DNA of 64,000 bases from assembly GCA_964623635.1 (NCBI GenBank), contig CAZUUA010000005.1, forward strand, positions 3,975 to 67,974, written 5' to 3'. A model generated the notes under the pieces. It made no database searches. It saw only the letters and a list, made by a program, of their open reading frames with translations, and had not been told where the DNA came from. Position 1 is the first letter of the stretch. Each line of letters opens with the position of its first letter. Shown piece by piece: positions 9,705 through 19,811 of this stretch. The stretch comes from an uncultured Ruminococcus sp. (GTDB lineage Bacteria > Bacillota > Clostridia > Oscillospirales > CAG-272). Made by a program: the position numbers and the translations under genes.

Positions 9705-9906
9705 ACCATGGTTCCCCGGTGTGTCTCCTATAGGATATGCCGGGGCTTTGGTACACTTTTATTCCTTTCGTGTGATCCACGCAGTCTTTGTGTATTTCCC
9801 ATTCTGTTGTGTCATGGCAGCACAATATGTGCATATATGGGTATTCGTTCCGTTTCCCCACCAAAAAATCGGATGGACGACCCTGTGAGATTGTGCGCTA
9901 TAGCCA

Positions 9907-9935
9907 TTGACAAAAGCTGCTTTTTTCTGTATAAT
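9907..9935 (+). promoter_or_regulatory. Consensus sigma70 promoter for the 10007 TIM-barrel gene
   Basis: TTGACA-N17-TATAAT. Confidence 0.65.
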
Positions 9936-10006
9936 TTCTATTTAATAGGTAGTGTTTCTTTTTTTACAGAAGAGCCACGAAGACTGGTAAGAAAGAGGTT
10001 ATTATT

Positions 10007-10837
10007 ATGAAAATTGGTGTATGCGTCAACTTGAACGGACTGGACGGCTTTGCGGAGCAGTTGGCTGCCCTGCAGACCCATGAATTTACGTCCTGTCAGC
10101 TTCTCTCCTTTGCACCTGCTTTGTGGACCAAGGAGAATGCGGTCAAGGTACGTGCGCTGCTGGATGAATATCACGTACAGCCTTCTGCATTCTGGTGCGG
10201 CTGGAGTGGCCCGGCAGTTTGGAACTTTACCGAGGGACCGAAGACTTTGGGTCTGGTGCCGGAAGCATATCGAGCCGAGCGGCTGCAGAATCTCTGCGAC
10301 GGTGCGGATTTTGCCCACTGGCTGGGACTGACCGATGTGATCACCCACATGGGCTTTATTCCGGAAAACCCCAACGATCCTGCGTTCTTGCCCTTCTGCG
10401 ATGCGGTACGGACTTTGGCACTGCACCTGAAGCAGAACGGACAATATCTGCTGTTTGAGACCGGGCAGGAAACGCCGGTGACGATGCTGCGGTGCTTCGA
10501 GACGGTGGGCACGGACAATCTGGGTGTGAATCTGGATACCGCCAACCTGATCCTGTACGGCAAGGCAAACCCGGTGGATGCGCTGGATGTGATCGGCAAG
10601 TATGTCCGCAATCTCCACGCCAAGGACGGTTTCTATCCCACGGATGGTACCCATCTGGGCGCAGAAGCACGGATCGGCGATGGCAAGGTGGACTTCCATG
10701 GTGTGCTGGCCGGTCTGAAAAAGCTGGGCTACGACGGTGCTATCACCATTGAGCGCGAGATCGACGGCGAACAGCAGACCAAGGATATTCTGCACGCCAG
10801 AGCGTATCTGACGGATATTCTGGAACAGTTAGCTTGA
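10007..10837 (+). CDS. Xylose isomerase-like TIM-barrel protein (sugar phosphate isomerase/epimerase family), second paralog
   Basis: ITHMGFIP, LLFETGQE and NLDTANLILYG match the family pattern. 276 aa. Confidence 0.75.
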   Translation: MKIGVCVNLNGLDGFAEQLAALQTHEFTSCQLLSFAPALWTKENAVKVRALLDEYHVQPSAFWCGWSGPAVWNFTEGPKTLGLVPEAYRAERLQNLCDGADFAHWLGLTDVITHMGFIPENPNDPAFLPFCDAVRTLALHLKQNGQYLLFETGQETPVTMLRCFETVGTDNLGVNLDTANLILYGKANPVDALDVIGKYVRNLHAKDGFYPTDGTHLGAEARIGDGKVDFHGVLAGLKKLGYDGAITIEREIDGEQQTKDILHARAYLTDILEQLA

Positions 10838-10898
10838 CGCAGCAGCTTAGCGTGACAATGCACATATATTGCGTTTACAATATTCTGTAATATTATAA

Positions 10899-12407
<1,509 letters not shown>

Positions 12408-12424
12408 GTTTAGCATACAATATA

Positions 12425-12464
12425 AAAACAGGCATGATTTTACGTCGTGCCTGTTTTTGTTTTG
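12425..12464 (+). terminator. Intrinsic terminator after guaB
   Basis: AAACAGGCA...TGCCTGTTT stem followed by TTGTTTTG. Confidence 0.7.
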
Positions 12465-12553
12465 TATCAAAAGATTTTTTGCCGTGGGTCTGGTATATGC
12501 CGATCTTGTGTTTTTCATCGTTTGACCGGCACATACCAAACATGGGGTTTTGT

Positions 12554-13036
12554 TTATTTCAGCATCCCTTTGTACACACCCGGAGAAGAGCCTTCGATGA
12601 CGGTGGCGCCGCAGACCTTTTTATAGAAATCCACGGGGCCTGCGGAACCGATGATGCCGTAGCCGTAGCCTTCTTCCCACATGGCATGGAGACACAGCAG
12701 CAGCAGTGCCGCACCGATACCCTTCCCTCGTTCGGCTTCATCCACACCGGTGGGGCCAAAGAAGCCTTTGACGGTGGCGTCATAGCAGGCAAAGCCCAAC
12801 ATCCGGGAACCTTCGTCCGCCTCATGGAGAGCGATATAGATCCCCTTGGGCGAACGGAAGAATGCGTTCTCGGCTTCCCCAGCCCAGCCGGCGCCAAAGT
12901 GGTCCCGGATCCATTGGATGACGGCGTAATTCTCCGGGCCTATGGGACGGCGGAGGGTGATCCCCTGTTCCTGCACCTTTTGGACATATGGCGTGATATC
13001 GGGCAGATCGTACAGTTTTACAAGTAAATCGGACAT
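12554..13036 (-). CDS. GNAT family N-acetyltransferase
   Basis: Acetyl-CoA binding motif RGKGIGAALL. About 160 aa. I refined the start to ATG 13036 (MSDLLVKLYD), which follows AAGGAG. Confidence 0.7.
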   Translation of the reverse strand: MSDLLVKLYDLPDITPYVQKVQEQGITLRRPIGPENYAVIQWIRDHFGAGWAGEAENAFFRSPKGIYIALHEADEGSRMLGFACYDATVKGFFGPTGVDEAERGKGIGAALLLLCLHAMWEEGYGYGIIGSAGPVDFYKKVCGATVIEGSSPGVYKGMLK

Positions 13037-13074
13037 GATGATACTCCTTTGCATAGATTGATCTCTCTGGTTAC

Positions 13075-13103
13075 AGTATACCGGATTTTGTGCCATTTGT
13101 CAA
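13075..13103 (-). promoter_or_regulatory. Sigma70 promoter for the GNAT gene
   Basis: The reverse strand reads TTGACA-N17-TATACT. Confidence 0.55.
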
Positions 13104-13156
13104 TAGGCACACAGAAAAGAGCTGCCATTTTTACACAAGAATTTCTGCCAAACCTA

Positions 13157-13185
13157 TTGACAAAGCAGCGTGAATGTGGTATAAT
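13157..13185 (+). promoter_or_regulatory. Consensus sigma70 promoter for cysK
   Basis: TTGACA-N17-TATAAT with a TGG extended -10. Confidence 0.65.
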
Positions 13186-13224
13186 TCCTACATACTCAAT
13201 AGGAAATGCAGGAGGCAATGAGAT

Positions 13225-14145
13225 ATGCGTATTTATGGATCTGTGACGGAACTGGTAGGCAAGACGCCTTTGGTGCAGCTGAGCCGCTATGGGAAAGAGT
13301 TGGATGCGGTGGTGCTTGCCAAGTTGGAGAGAGCCAATCCGGCGGGCAGTGTGAAGGATCGTGTGGGACTGGCCATGGTAGAGGAAGCGGAAAAGGCAGG
13401 TCTTCTGCAGCCGGGCAGCGTGATCATCGAGCCCACCAGCGGCAACACCGGGATCGGCCTGGCAATGGCAGCTGCGGTAAAGGGTTACAAGGTGATCCTG
13501 ACTATGCCGGAGACCATGAGCGCCGAAAGACGGATGCTGCTGGCTGCCTATGGCGCCCAGATCGTGTTGACCGATGGCAAGCTGGGGATGGCCGGCGCCG
13601 TGGCTAAAGCGGAGGAGCTGGCAAAGGAAACACCGAATAGCTTCATCCCTGGGCAGTTTGTGAACCCTGCCAATCCGGATGCGCACTATCGCACCACAGG
13701 CCCGGAGATCTGGGAGGACACGGATGGCAAGGTGGACATTTTCGTAGCCGGTGTGGGCACCGGTGGCACGGTGACCGGCGTGGGACGGTACCTGAAGGAG
13801 CAGAACCCGGCAGTGCAGATCGTGGCAGTAGAGCCGGAGACGTCGCCGCTGCTGTCCACCGGAAAGGCTGGTCCTCACAAGATCCAGGGCATTGGCGCCA
13901 ATTTTGTACCGGACATTCTGGATCGTTCACTGTTGGACGAGGTGTTGCCGGTCGCCAATGAGGATGCCTATGCTACCACCAAAGCATTGGCCAAGACGGA
14001 AGGACTGCTGGTTGGGATCTCTGCCGGTGCTGCCGTACACGCTGCTACTGTGTTGGCTGCACGTCCGGAAAACCGTGGCAAAATGATCGTAGCCCTGCTG
14101 CCGGATACAGGCGAACGGTATCTGTCCACTGGCGTGTTCGACTAA
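13225..14145 (+). CDS. cysK: Cysteine synthase A (O-acetylserine sulfhydrylase)
   Basis: PLP-lysine motif NPAGSVKDR, then SGNTGIGLA and [10 protein letters not shown]. 306 aa. Confidence 0.9.
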   Translation: MRIYGSVTELVGKTPLVQLSRYGKELDAVVLAKLERANPAGSVKDRVGLAMVEEAEKAGLLQPGSVIIEPTSGNTGIGLAMAAAVKGYKVILTMPETMSAERRMLLAAYGAQIVLTDGKLGMAGAVAKAEELAKETPNSFIPGQFVNPANPDAHYRTTGPEIWEDTDGKVDIFVAGVGTGGTVTGVGRYLKEQNPAVQIVAVEPETSPLLSTGKAGPHKIQGIGANFVPDILDRSLLDEVLPVANEDAYATTKALAKTEGLLVGISAGAAVHAATVLAARPENRGKMIVALLPDTGERYLSTGVFD

Positions 14146-14235
14146 CGCAAAACACCACGTGTTTGACTGACGCAAAACGTCGCGTGTTCGACTAAAGCAA
14201 AAACACCACGTGTTTGAACAACGCAAAACGTAGCG
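14131..14235 (+). repeat. Tandem array of about 25-nt hairpin-forming units, starting inside the last codons of cysK
   Basis: Units: CGCAAAACACCACGTGTTTGACTGA (14146..14170), CGCAAAACGTCGCGTGTTCGACTAA (14171..14195), AGCAAAAACACCACGTGTTTGAACAA (14196..14221), and a partial CGCAAAACGTAGCG. The cysK end GGCGTGTTCGACTAA matches the 3-prime half of unit 2. Confidence 0.85.
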
Positions 14236-14333
14236 ATCTTTATACCTATGCACTGTCACATTCGTTTGGGAATATCCGGATACAAGGACGTTCCCAACGA
14301 AATGGGCAGTGTTTTTGGTATGTGTACATACGG

Positions 14334-14373
14334 AAAAAGGAGACCAGCACGATTTTCATCGAACCGATCTCCT
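14334..14373 (-). terminator. Intrinsic terminator after rpsU
   Basis: Reverse strand: AGGAGATCGG...CTGGTCTCCT stem followed by TTTTTCC. Confidence 0.65.
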
Positions 14374-14392
14374 CATGTAAGCTTACAGAAAA

Positions 14393-14569
14393 TTACTTAT
14401 ACTTGCGCTTTCTGGCTGCTTCGGACTTCTTCTTTCTCTTTACGCTGGGCTTCTCATAGCATTCTCTCTTGCGAAGTTCAGCCTGAATGCCCGATCTCTG
14501 GCACTGTCTCTTGAAACGACGAAGCGCACTATCGAGAGATTCATTTTCCTTAACTCTTACTTCTGCCAT
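14393..14569 (-). CDS. rpsU: 30S ribosomal protein S21
   Basis: [28 protein letters not shown]...[15 protein letters not shown] is typical of S21. I refined the start to ATG 14569, which follows GGGAGGGA. Confidence 0.9.
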   Translation of the reverse strand: MAEVRVKENESLDSALRRFKRQCQRSGIQAELRKRECYEKPSVKRKKKSEAARKRKYK

Positions 14570-14630
14570 CCGTTTTCCCTCCCTTCGCATTCGGCGACTG
14601 AGGAACCCCCAACGGAATTACCTCTTATAT

Positions 14631-14659
14631 ATTATACAGGATTTTTCCCGTTTTGTCAA
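14631..14659 (-). promoter_or_regulatory. Consensus sigma70 promoter for rpsU
   Basis: The reverse strand reads TTGACA-N17-TATAAT. Confidence 0.65.
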
Positions 14660-14720
14660 TAGGATTTGCAAATTTCTTTGCAGAAATCTGCAATTTTCTT
14701 TCCATCGTTCACACGCTCGA

Positions 14721-17123
14721 TTACTTTGCCACGATATTGACGATCTTGCCGGGGATGTAGATCTCCTTGACGATCTGCTTGCCTTCCAGCATAGCGGCGA
14801 TCTTCGGGTCTGCTTTGGCTGCGGCGATAACGGTATCCTTATCGGCATCGACAGCGATGGTGATCGTCCCTCTCAGCTTACCACAGATCTGCACAGCGAT
14901 TTCTACTTCGCTGTCCACGGTCTTGGCTTCGTCCCACATAGGCCATGCAGCCATGGACAGGAAGCCCTTGCCACCCAAGCTTTCCCAGATCTCTTCGCAC
15001 AGATGCGGTGCAAAGGGACACAGGATGGAGATGAAGGAAACCAGCTCGTCCTTGGTCAGAGAGCCCACCTCGGCAATATCGTTCACCAGAGACATCATAG
15101 CGGCAATGGCTGTGTTGAACTTCATTTCTTCGATGTCCTGGCTGACCTTCTTGATGGTCTTGTGGAAGGAGGACGCCAGCTTGGGAGTCTCGCCTTCACC
15201 CTTGACCATATCCGGCAGGGATGCCACACGGTCCAAGAACCGCTTGCAGCCTTTCACGCTGTTTTCACTCCACGGTGCGGCAGAGGCATAGTCGCCCATG
15301 AACAGGATGTACACACGCAGCACGTCTGCGCCGTATTCGTCTACCACTTCGTTGGGGTCAACCACGTTGCCCTTGGACTTGGACATTTTTTCGCCGTCGG
15401 GCCCCAGGATCAGACCCTGTGCGGTCCGCTTGGCGTAAGGCTCTGCAGTGGGTACCACGCCGATGTCGTACAGGAAGCGGTGCCAGAACCGAGAGTAGAT
15501 CATATGCCGGGTCACGTGCTCCATACCGCCATTGTACCAGTCTACGGGGAGCCAGTACTTCAGGTTCTCCGGATCGGCCAGGGCTTCGGTGTTGTGCGGA
15601 TCGGTGTAGCGCAGGAAGTACCAGGACGAGCCGGCCCACTGGGGCATGGTATCGGTTTCCCGCTTGGCAGGACCGCCACACTTGGGACAGGTGCAATTGA
15701 CAAAGGATTCGATCCGGGCCAGCGGACTTTCGCCACCTTCACCGGGCTCAAACTTTTCCATATCGGGCAGACGCAGGGGCAGCTCTTCGTAGGGAACGCC
15801 CACCATGCCGCAGTGCGGACAATGGATGATCGGAATGGGTTCGCCCCAGTACCGCTGCCGGTTGAACGCCCAGTCCTTCATCTTGTACTGCACGCCCTTT
15901 TCGCCGATACCCTTCTCGCCCAGGTATGCAAGCATCTTTTCGATGGCTTCCTTCTTGGTAGCAATGCCATTGAGGAATTCGGAGTTCACCATTTCACCGT
16001 CGCCGGTGTAGGCTGCTTCTGCGATGTTGCCGCCTTTGATGACTTCGATAATATCGATACCAAACTTCTTGGCAAAGTCGTAGTCCCGTTCGTCGTGGGC
16101 AGGTACGGCCATGATCGCACCGGTACCATAGCCCATCATTACGTAGTCGGAAATGAAGATCGGGATCTCCTTGCCATTGGCCGGGTTGATCGCACGGATA
16201 CCTTCGATGCACACGCCGGTCTTATCCTTCACCAGCTGGGTACGCTCGAATTCGGTCTTCTTGGCGCATTCTTCCTTGTATGCGTTCAGGGCATCCATGT
16301 TGGAGATGCGATCTGCGTACTTTTCGATGATGGGATGTTCCGGAGCAATGACCATGAAGGTAACGCCGAACATGGTGTCGCAGCGTGTGGTGTATATCCG
16401 CAGGGTATCGTCGCAATTTGTCAAGCCAAAGTTCACGAATGCACCCACGGAGCGGCCGATCCAGTTTTCCTGCTGAAGCTTCACGTTGGGCAGGTAATCC
16501 ACGGTTTCCAGACCCTGCAGTAGCTTATCGGCGTATTCGGTGATCCGCAGGTACCAAACGTCCTTGGACTTCTGCACGATATCGCTGTGGCAGATGTCGC
16601 ACTTGCCGCCTTGGGAGTCTTCGTTGGACAGCACGACCTTGCAGTGGGGACAGTAGTTGACCAGCGTGGTGGCACGGAACACCAGCCCGGCGTCGAACAT
16701 TTTCCGGAAGATCCACTGGGTCCACTTGTAGTAGCCTTCGTCGGTGGTGTCGATCACTCTCGTCCAGTCAAAGGAGAAGCCCACACGCTTCAGCTGAGAG
16801 GAGAACTTTTCGATGTTTCGGTCAGTCAGGATCCGGGGATGGGTGTTGAACTTGATGGCAGAGTTTTCAGTGGGCAGACCGTATGCGTCAAATCCAATGG
16901 GGAACAGCACGTTGTAGCCTTCCATCCGTCTCTTCCGGGAGACCACTTCCAGGCCGGAGTAGGCTTTGATGTGACCTACGTGCATACCGGCGCCACTGGG
17001 ATAGGGGAATTCTACCAGGCCGTAGAACTTGGGCTTGGTGTGATCTTCTTTTGCATGGAAGATACCGGCTTCTTCCCACCGATCCTGCCACTTTTTCTCA
17101 ATACTTGCAAAATCGTATTTCAT
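14721..17123 (-). CDS. leuS: Leucine--tRNA ligase
   Basis: HIGH-type motif GMHVGHIKAY, KMSKS motif (KMSKSKGN), and a CP1 editing insert. 800 aa. Confidence 0.95.
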   Translation of the reverse strand: MKYDFASIEKKWQDRWEEAGIFHAKEDHTKPKFYGLVEFPYPSGAGMHVGHIKAYSGLEVVSRKRRMEGYNVLFPIGFDAYGLPTENSAIKFNTHPRILTDRNIEKFSSQLKRVGFSFDWTRVIDTTDEGYYKWTQWIFRKMFDAGLVFRATTLVNYCPHCKVVLSNEDSQGGKCDICHSDIVQKSKDVWYLRITEYADKLLQGLETVDYLPNVKLQQENWIGRSVGAFVNFGLTNCDDTLRIYTTRCDTMFGVTFMVIAPEHPIIEKYADRISNMDALNAYKEECAKKTEFERTQLVKDKTGVCIEGIRAINPANGKEIPIFISDYVMMGYGTGAIMAVPAHDERDYDFAKKFGIDIIEVIKGGNIAEAAYTGDGEMVNSEFLNGIATKKEAIEKMLAYLGEKGIGEKGVQYKMKDWAFNRQRYWGEPIPIIHCPHCGMVGVPYEELPLRLPDMEKFEPGEGGESPLARIESFVNCTCPKCGGPAKRETDTMPQWAGSSWYFLRYTDPHNTEALADPENLKYWLPVDWYNGGMEHVTRHMIYSRFWHRFLYDIGVVPTAEPYAKRTAQGLILGPDGEKMSKSKGNVVDPNEVVDEYGADVLRVYILFMGDYASAAPWSENSVKGCKRFLDRVASLPDMVKGEGETPKLASSFHKTIKKVSQDIEEMKFNTAIAAMMSLVNDIAEVGSLTKDELVSFISILCPFAPHLCEEIWESLGGKGFLSMAAWPMWDEAKTVDSEVEIAVQICGKLRGTITIAVDADKDTVIAAAKADPKIAAMLEGKQIVKEIYIPGKIVNIVAK

Positions 17124-17156
17124 ATTGTTGTCCTTCTTTATTGATTTGAAATAATC

Positions 17157-17582
17157 TCATTCTTCCGTCAGCAGTGCGGAAATATCCTGCTCGGTGGTGT
17201 CCATGTACAGCTTATCCAGCTTGTAGAAGTCTCTGGCATCTCTGTTGAAGATGTGGACGATCACGTTACCGAAATCCTGCAACACCCAAATGCCGGTGTC
17301 GGCGCCTTCGGTGTGCATGGGATCGATACCCACAAGAGACAGCTTATATTCCACCTCGTCTGCCAGCGATTTGATCTGGGTACGGGAGTTACCGGTGCAG
17401 ATGACAAAATAGTCGGCGATGACGGTCTGCTTTTCTACGTGCAGCAGCTTGATATCCTTTGCCTTCTTATTGTCCAGCACCTGTACGATATATCTTGCCA
17501 AGGCTTCCGGCGTAGCTACGTCTTCCGCTGTGATGGTCTTTTCCGGTTCCGCAGTATTCTGCATATTGTTTTCCATATCCAT
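17157..17582 (-). CDS. rsfS: Ribosome silencing factor RsfS (iojap family)
   Basis: DYFVICTGNSRTQIKSLADEV...WVLQDFGNVIVHIF is typical of RsfS. I refined the start to ATG 17582 (MDMENN). Confidence 0.85.
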   Translation of the reverse strand: MDMENNMQNTAEPEKTITAEDVATPEALARYIVQVLDNKKAKDIKLLHVEKQTVIADYFVICTGNSRTQIKSLADEVEYKLSLVGIDPMHTEGADTGIWVLQDFGNVIVHIFNRDARDFYKLDKLYMDTTEQDISALLTEE

Positions 17583-17626
17583 CGTATCATTCCTTTCGTA
17601 TTTCTTTGTAGTATTTTCGTACACGT

Positions 17627-17906
17627 ATAAAAAGCCCCGTCTCCATCGATCTCCGACAGAGACGAGGGCCATAGCTCCCGTGGTACCACTCTGGTTGGTG
17701 CAAAAACACCCACTCCGGCACGACTGTGATGCCGTCTCCCGATAACGGTGGAGCAGCCGGCAGACCCTACTGAAACAAAACAGCTATGTTCGGGTCAGCT
17801 GCTAAGGGACCAGAGGAATCGGGTTCTGCCGCTGCCTTGCACCTTCCGGCAGTTCTCTGTTCGGCGCACATCCGTTCCGTTTCCCTATGAGTGCATTTCA
17901 TAGTAT
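17627..17906 (-). promoter_or_regulatory. T-box leader (tRNA-sensing transcription attenuator) preceding rsfS-leuS
   Basis: Reverse strand features: an AGAGA bulge; a distal-loop GGTGCAA; the T-box sequence AGAGTGGTACCACGGGA (17681..17692 region); and a terminator GCCCTCGTCTC...GAGACGGGGC followed by TTTTTAT (17627..17669). Confidence 0.8.
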
Positions 17907-17912
17907 AAGGTT

Positions 17913-17941
17913 AGTGTACCACATTTTCAGGCGTTTGTCAA
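17913..17941 (-). promoter_or_regulatory. Sigma70 promoter driving the T-box leader
   Basis: The reverse strand reads TTGACA-N17-TACACT. Confidence 0.6.
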
Positions 17942-17965
17942 TGGGGTAATTTGCACAATTTTACC

Positions 17966-18403
17966 TTATTGTTCCAAGGCCGTTACCATCAGTTCGCTGG
18001 TATTCATATCGTAGACCAGCTGCAGTAGGTATTTGTCCCCGGTATGCTGGGCGTACAGCTGGGTCTCCACATCCGACTGAACAGCGCTTTCCATGGCCGG
18101 ATAGCCCATATCCGGCAGGGTCTCCTCCGTATAGGTTTTGTAATCCTGGAGGGTCACGTTCTTCATGCGGATATTGACAGAGTTCATTTCTGCATATTTC
18201 CAGCCGGTATCAAAGTCACCCGGTGGGGTCGGTACGCCATCCAGAGTCGGGATCGCATCGTAGTGGATCACCGCATCGCCATCGGACTTGCCGACAATGA
18301 TCTCTGTCGGTCCATCTGCACCGCCGATGATACCAAGGTCTCCGTTGGATGTACAGCCGGTCAAAAGTAGTGTCGCCAGCAGCAGACAACAGATACGCTT
18401 CAT
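17966..18403 (-). CDS. Putative lipoprotein of unknown function
   Basis: MKRICCLLLATLLLTGC has a signal peptide with an LTGC lipobox. I refined the start to ATG 18403, which follows GAGGAGG. Confidence 0.6.
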   Translation of the reverse strand: MKRICCLLLATLLLTGCTSNGDLGIIGGADGPTEIIVGKSDGDAVIHYDAIPTLDGVPTPPGDFDTGWKYAEMNSVNIRMKNVTLQDYKTYTEETLPDMGYPAMESAVQSDVETQLYAQHTGDKYLLQLVYDMNTSELMVTALEQ

Positions 18404-18417
18404 TTTTTCTATCCTCC

Positions 18418-19785
18418 TCACGAAATATTGGGAATATAGATGGAGTTATCGTTCACATCCTGGGCATTGTAGGAACCGTCCAATGTGGTCTCCGCATCGG
18501 CGTAGTAGTACGGCTCCAGCAGATAATCGTCCAGGCAGAAGATGGTGTTTCGGTCGAATATGCCGTCGGTGATCTCCGTGTCGTAGATGTTGTAGTACTG
18601 GTTGATGGCGTCCAGCGTTGCGGCTCGGTTGATCACATAATACGAATGTCCCCGGCTGTCGTAGGCGGCGTTACCGGGAATGGTCAGCATGGTCATGTTG
18701 GACAGATCCACCTGCAGCAGGAATTTGGCATAGAACAAAATGTCCGACACCTTCAGATCCGTATGCAGGTTTTTGAAGATCTCTTCGGCGACCTTGGTGA
18801 GTGTTGCGGTATTGGAGATGGTAAAGCTGTTCTTGATCTTCTGCATCAGTGCCGTCATAAAGATCTTCTGTGCGTTCACTCTACCCAGGTCGGCCTGCAC
18901 ATAGCCGGAACGATAGCGAACAAAGCACTCGGCCTGGGCACCGCTCAAGGTCTGGTAGCCTTCCGGGATATTGATATACAGATCCTGCTCCGGGTCGTTG
19001 TATACCATGGCCTGAGGCACGTACAGCTCCACACCGCCAAGGGCATCCACGATGTTCACCAGTCCGTCCAGATTCAGCACGGCGGTGTGGTGGATCTGGA
19101 TACACAGATTTTGTTCCAGCAGGGACGCAAAATCCTCTGCCGCCACCTTGTAAGGATCCACGGAATCATCGTCCCGGTATTCCTTTAAGGCAGCATTATA
19201 GTAGGTGGAAAAAGCGGCGTTGATCTTATTGGTAACAAAATTCTCCACGCAGGTGTCTCTGGGAAGCTGCATGACGGTCACGTCCCCATTGGCGGTATCG
19301 CAGTTGACCAGCATGACCACATCGGCTAAGGAAGCGGCTCTGTCATGTCCCACCACCAGAATATTATAGATCCCATCCTGCACCCGATATTCGCCGCCAA
19401 TGGGTGTTTTCTCATCGGCTGCTGCGGTGGTCTCGTCGGTCTCTGTAGCAGTTGTTTCCAGCTGTACCGGATTGGTGTCAAAGGGGATCTGGGTCTCTTC
19501 GCCGCCGGTATTCGGGCGATAGAAGATCATCCAGGCCGCAGCGCACAGTACGACAGCGTATACCACAAAGATCCCTGTGATCAGCGCACGTTGGGCTCTG
19601 GTCATACGTCCCCGTTTGCGGCGCAGCTTTTGCTTTTTCTTCAGGAGTGCTTCGTAGTCTTCATCGTCGTCGGCCATGCTGGCATAATCGCCGTCGGGAT
19701 AATATTGGGCAATATCGTCATCGACCTCCGAGGGGATCTGCGCCGTGCCTACTTCGTCTTTGTCTTTCGAGGGTTTATTGGACAT
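18418..19785 (-). CDS. LCP (LytR-CpsA-Psr) family cell-envelope polymer transferase
   Basis: An N-terminal cytoplasmic tail, one TM helix, and the LCP core (YNILVVGHD...ADVVMLVNCD...VMQLPRDT). Confidence 0.75.
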   Translation of the reverse strand: MSNKPSKDKDEVGTAQIPSEVDDDIAQYYPDGDYASMADDDEDYEALLKKKQKLRRKRGRMTRAQRALITGIFVVYAVVLCAAAWMIFYRPNTGGEETQIPFDTNPVQLETTATETDETTAAADEKTPIGGEYRVQDGIYNILVVGHDRAASLADVVMLVNCDTANGDVTVMQLPRDTCVENFVTNKINAAFSTYYNAALKEYRDDDSVDPYKVAAEDFASLLEQNLCIQIHHTAVLNLDGLVNIVDALGGVELYVPQAMVYNDPEQDLYINIPEGYQTLSGAQAECFVRYRSGYVQADLGRVNAQKIFMTALMQKIKNSFTISNTATLTKVAEEIFKNLHTDLKVSDILFYAKFLLQVDLSNMTMLTIPGNAAYDSRGHSYYVINRAATLDAINQYYNIYDTEITDGIFDRNTIFCLDDYLLEPYYYADAETTLDGSYNAQDVNDNSIYIPNIS

Positions 19786-19811
19786 TTCAGGTACCTTTCT
19801 CTGTCAGCCTG

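Noticed and set aside
9711-9745. CCCCGG-N20-CCGGGG hairpin, vaguely reminiscent of a type I-E repeat stem
   Set aside because: It is a single copy, its 20-nt loop is unlike CRISPR repeats, and it is 4 kb from the cas genes on the far side of core genes. It is probably just a secondary hairpin in the spacer between the terminator and the next promoter.
12434-13027. 197-aa plus-strand ORF opposite the GNAT gene
   Set aside because: It is antisense to a gene with a clear acetyl-CoA-binding motif, starts within the guaB terminator region, and has no RBS.
14487-16523. 678-aa plus-strand ORF inside leuS
   Set aside because: It lies antisense to a gene with clear LeuRS motifs. The translation is low-complexity and rich in H, G, V, D, L and R, as expected for a stop-poor antisense frame of GC-rich coding DNA. 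It has no RBS and no recognisable motif.
17810-17827. Calling the T-box proline-specific
   Set aside because: The GAA-CCC-G context looks canonical, but my manual fold is not reliable enough, and the downstream genes are rsfS-leuS. I report it as an ambiguity in the findings rather than as a feature call.
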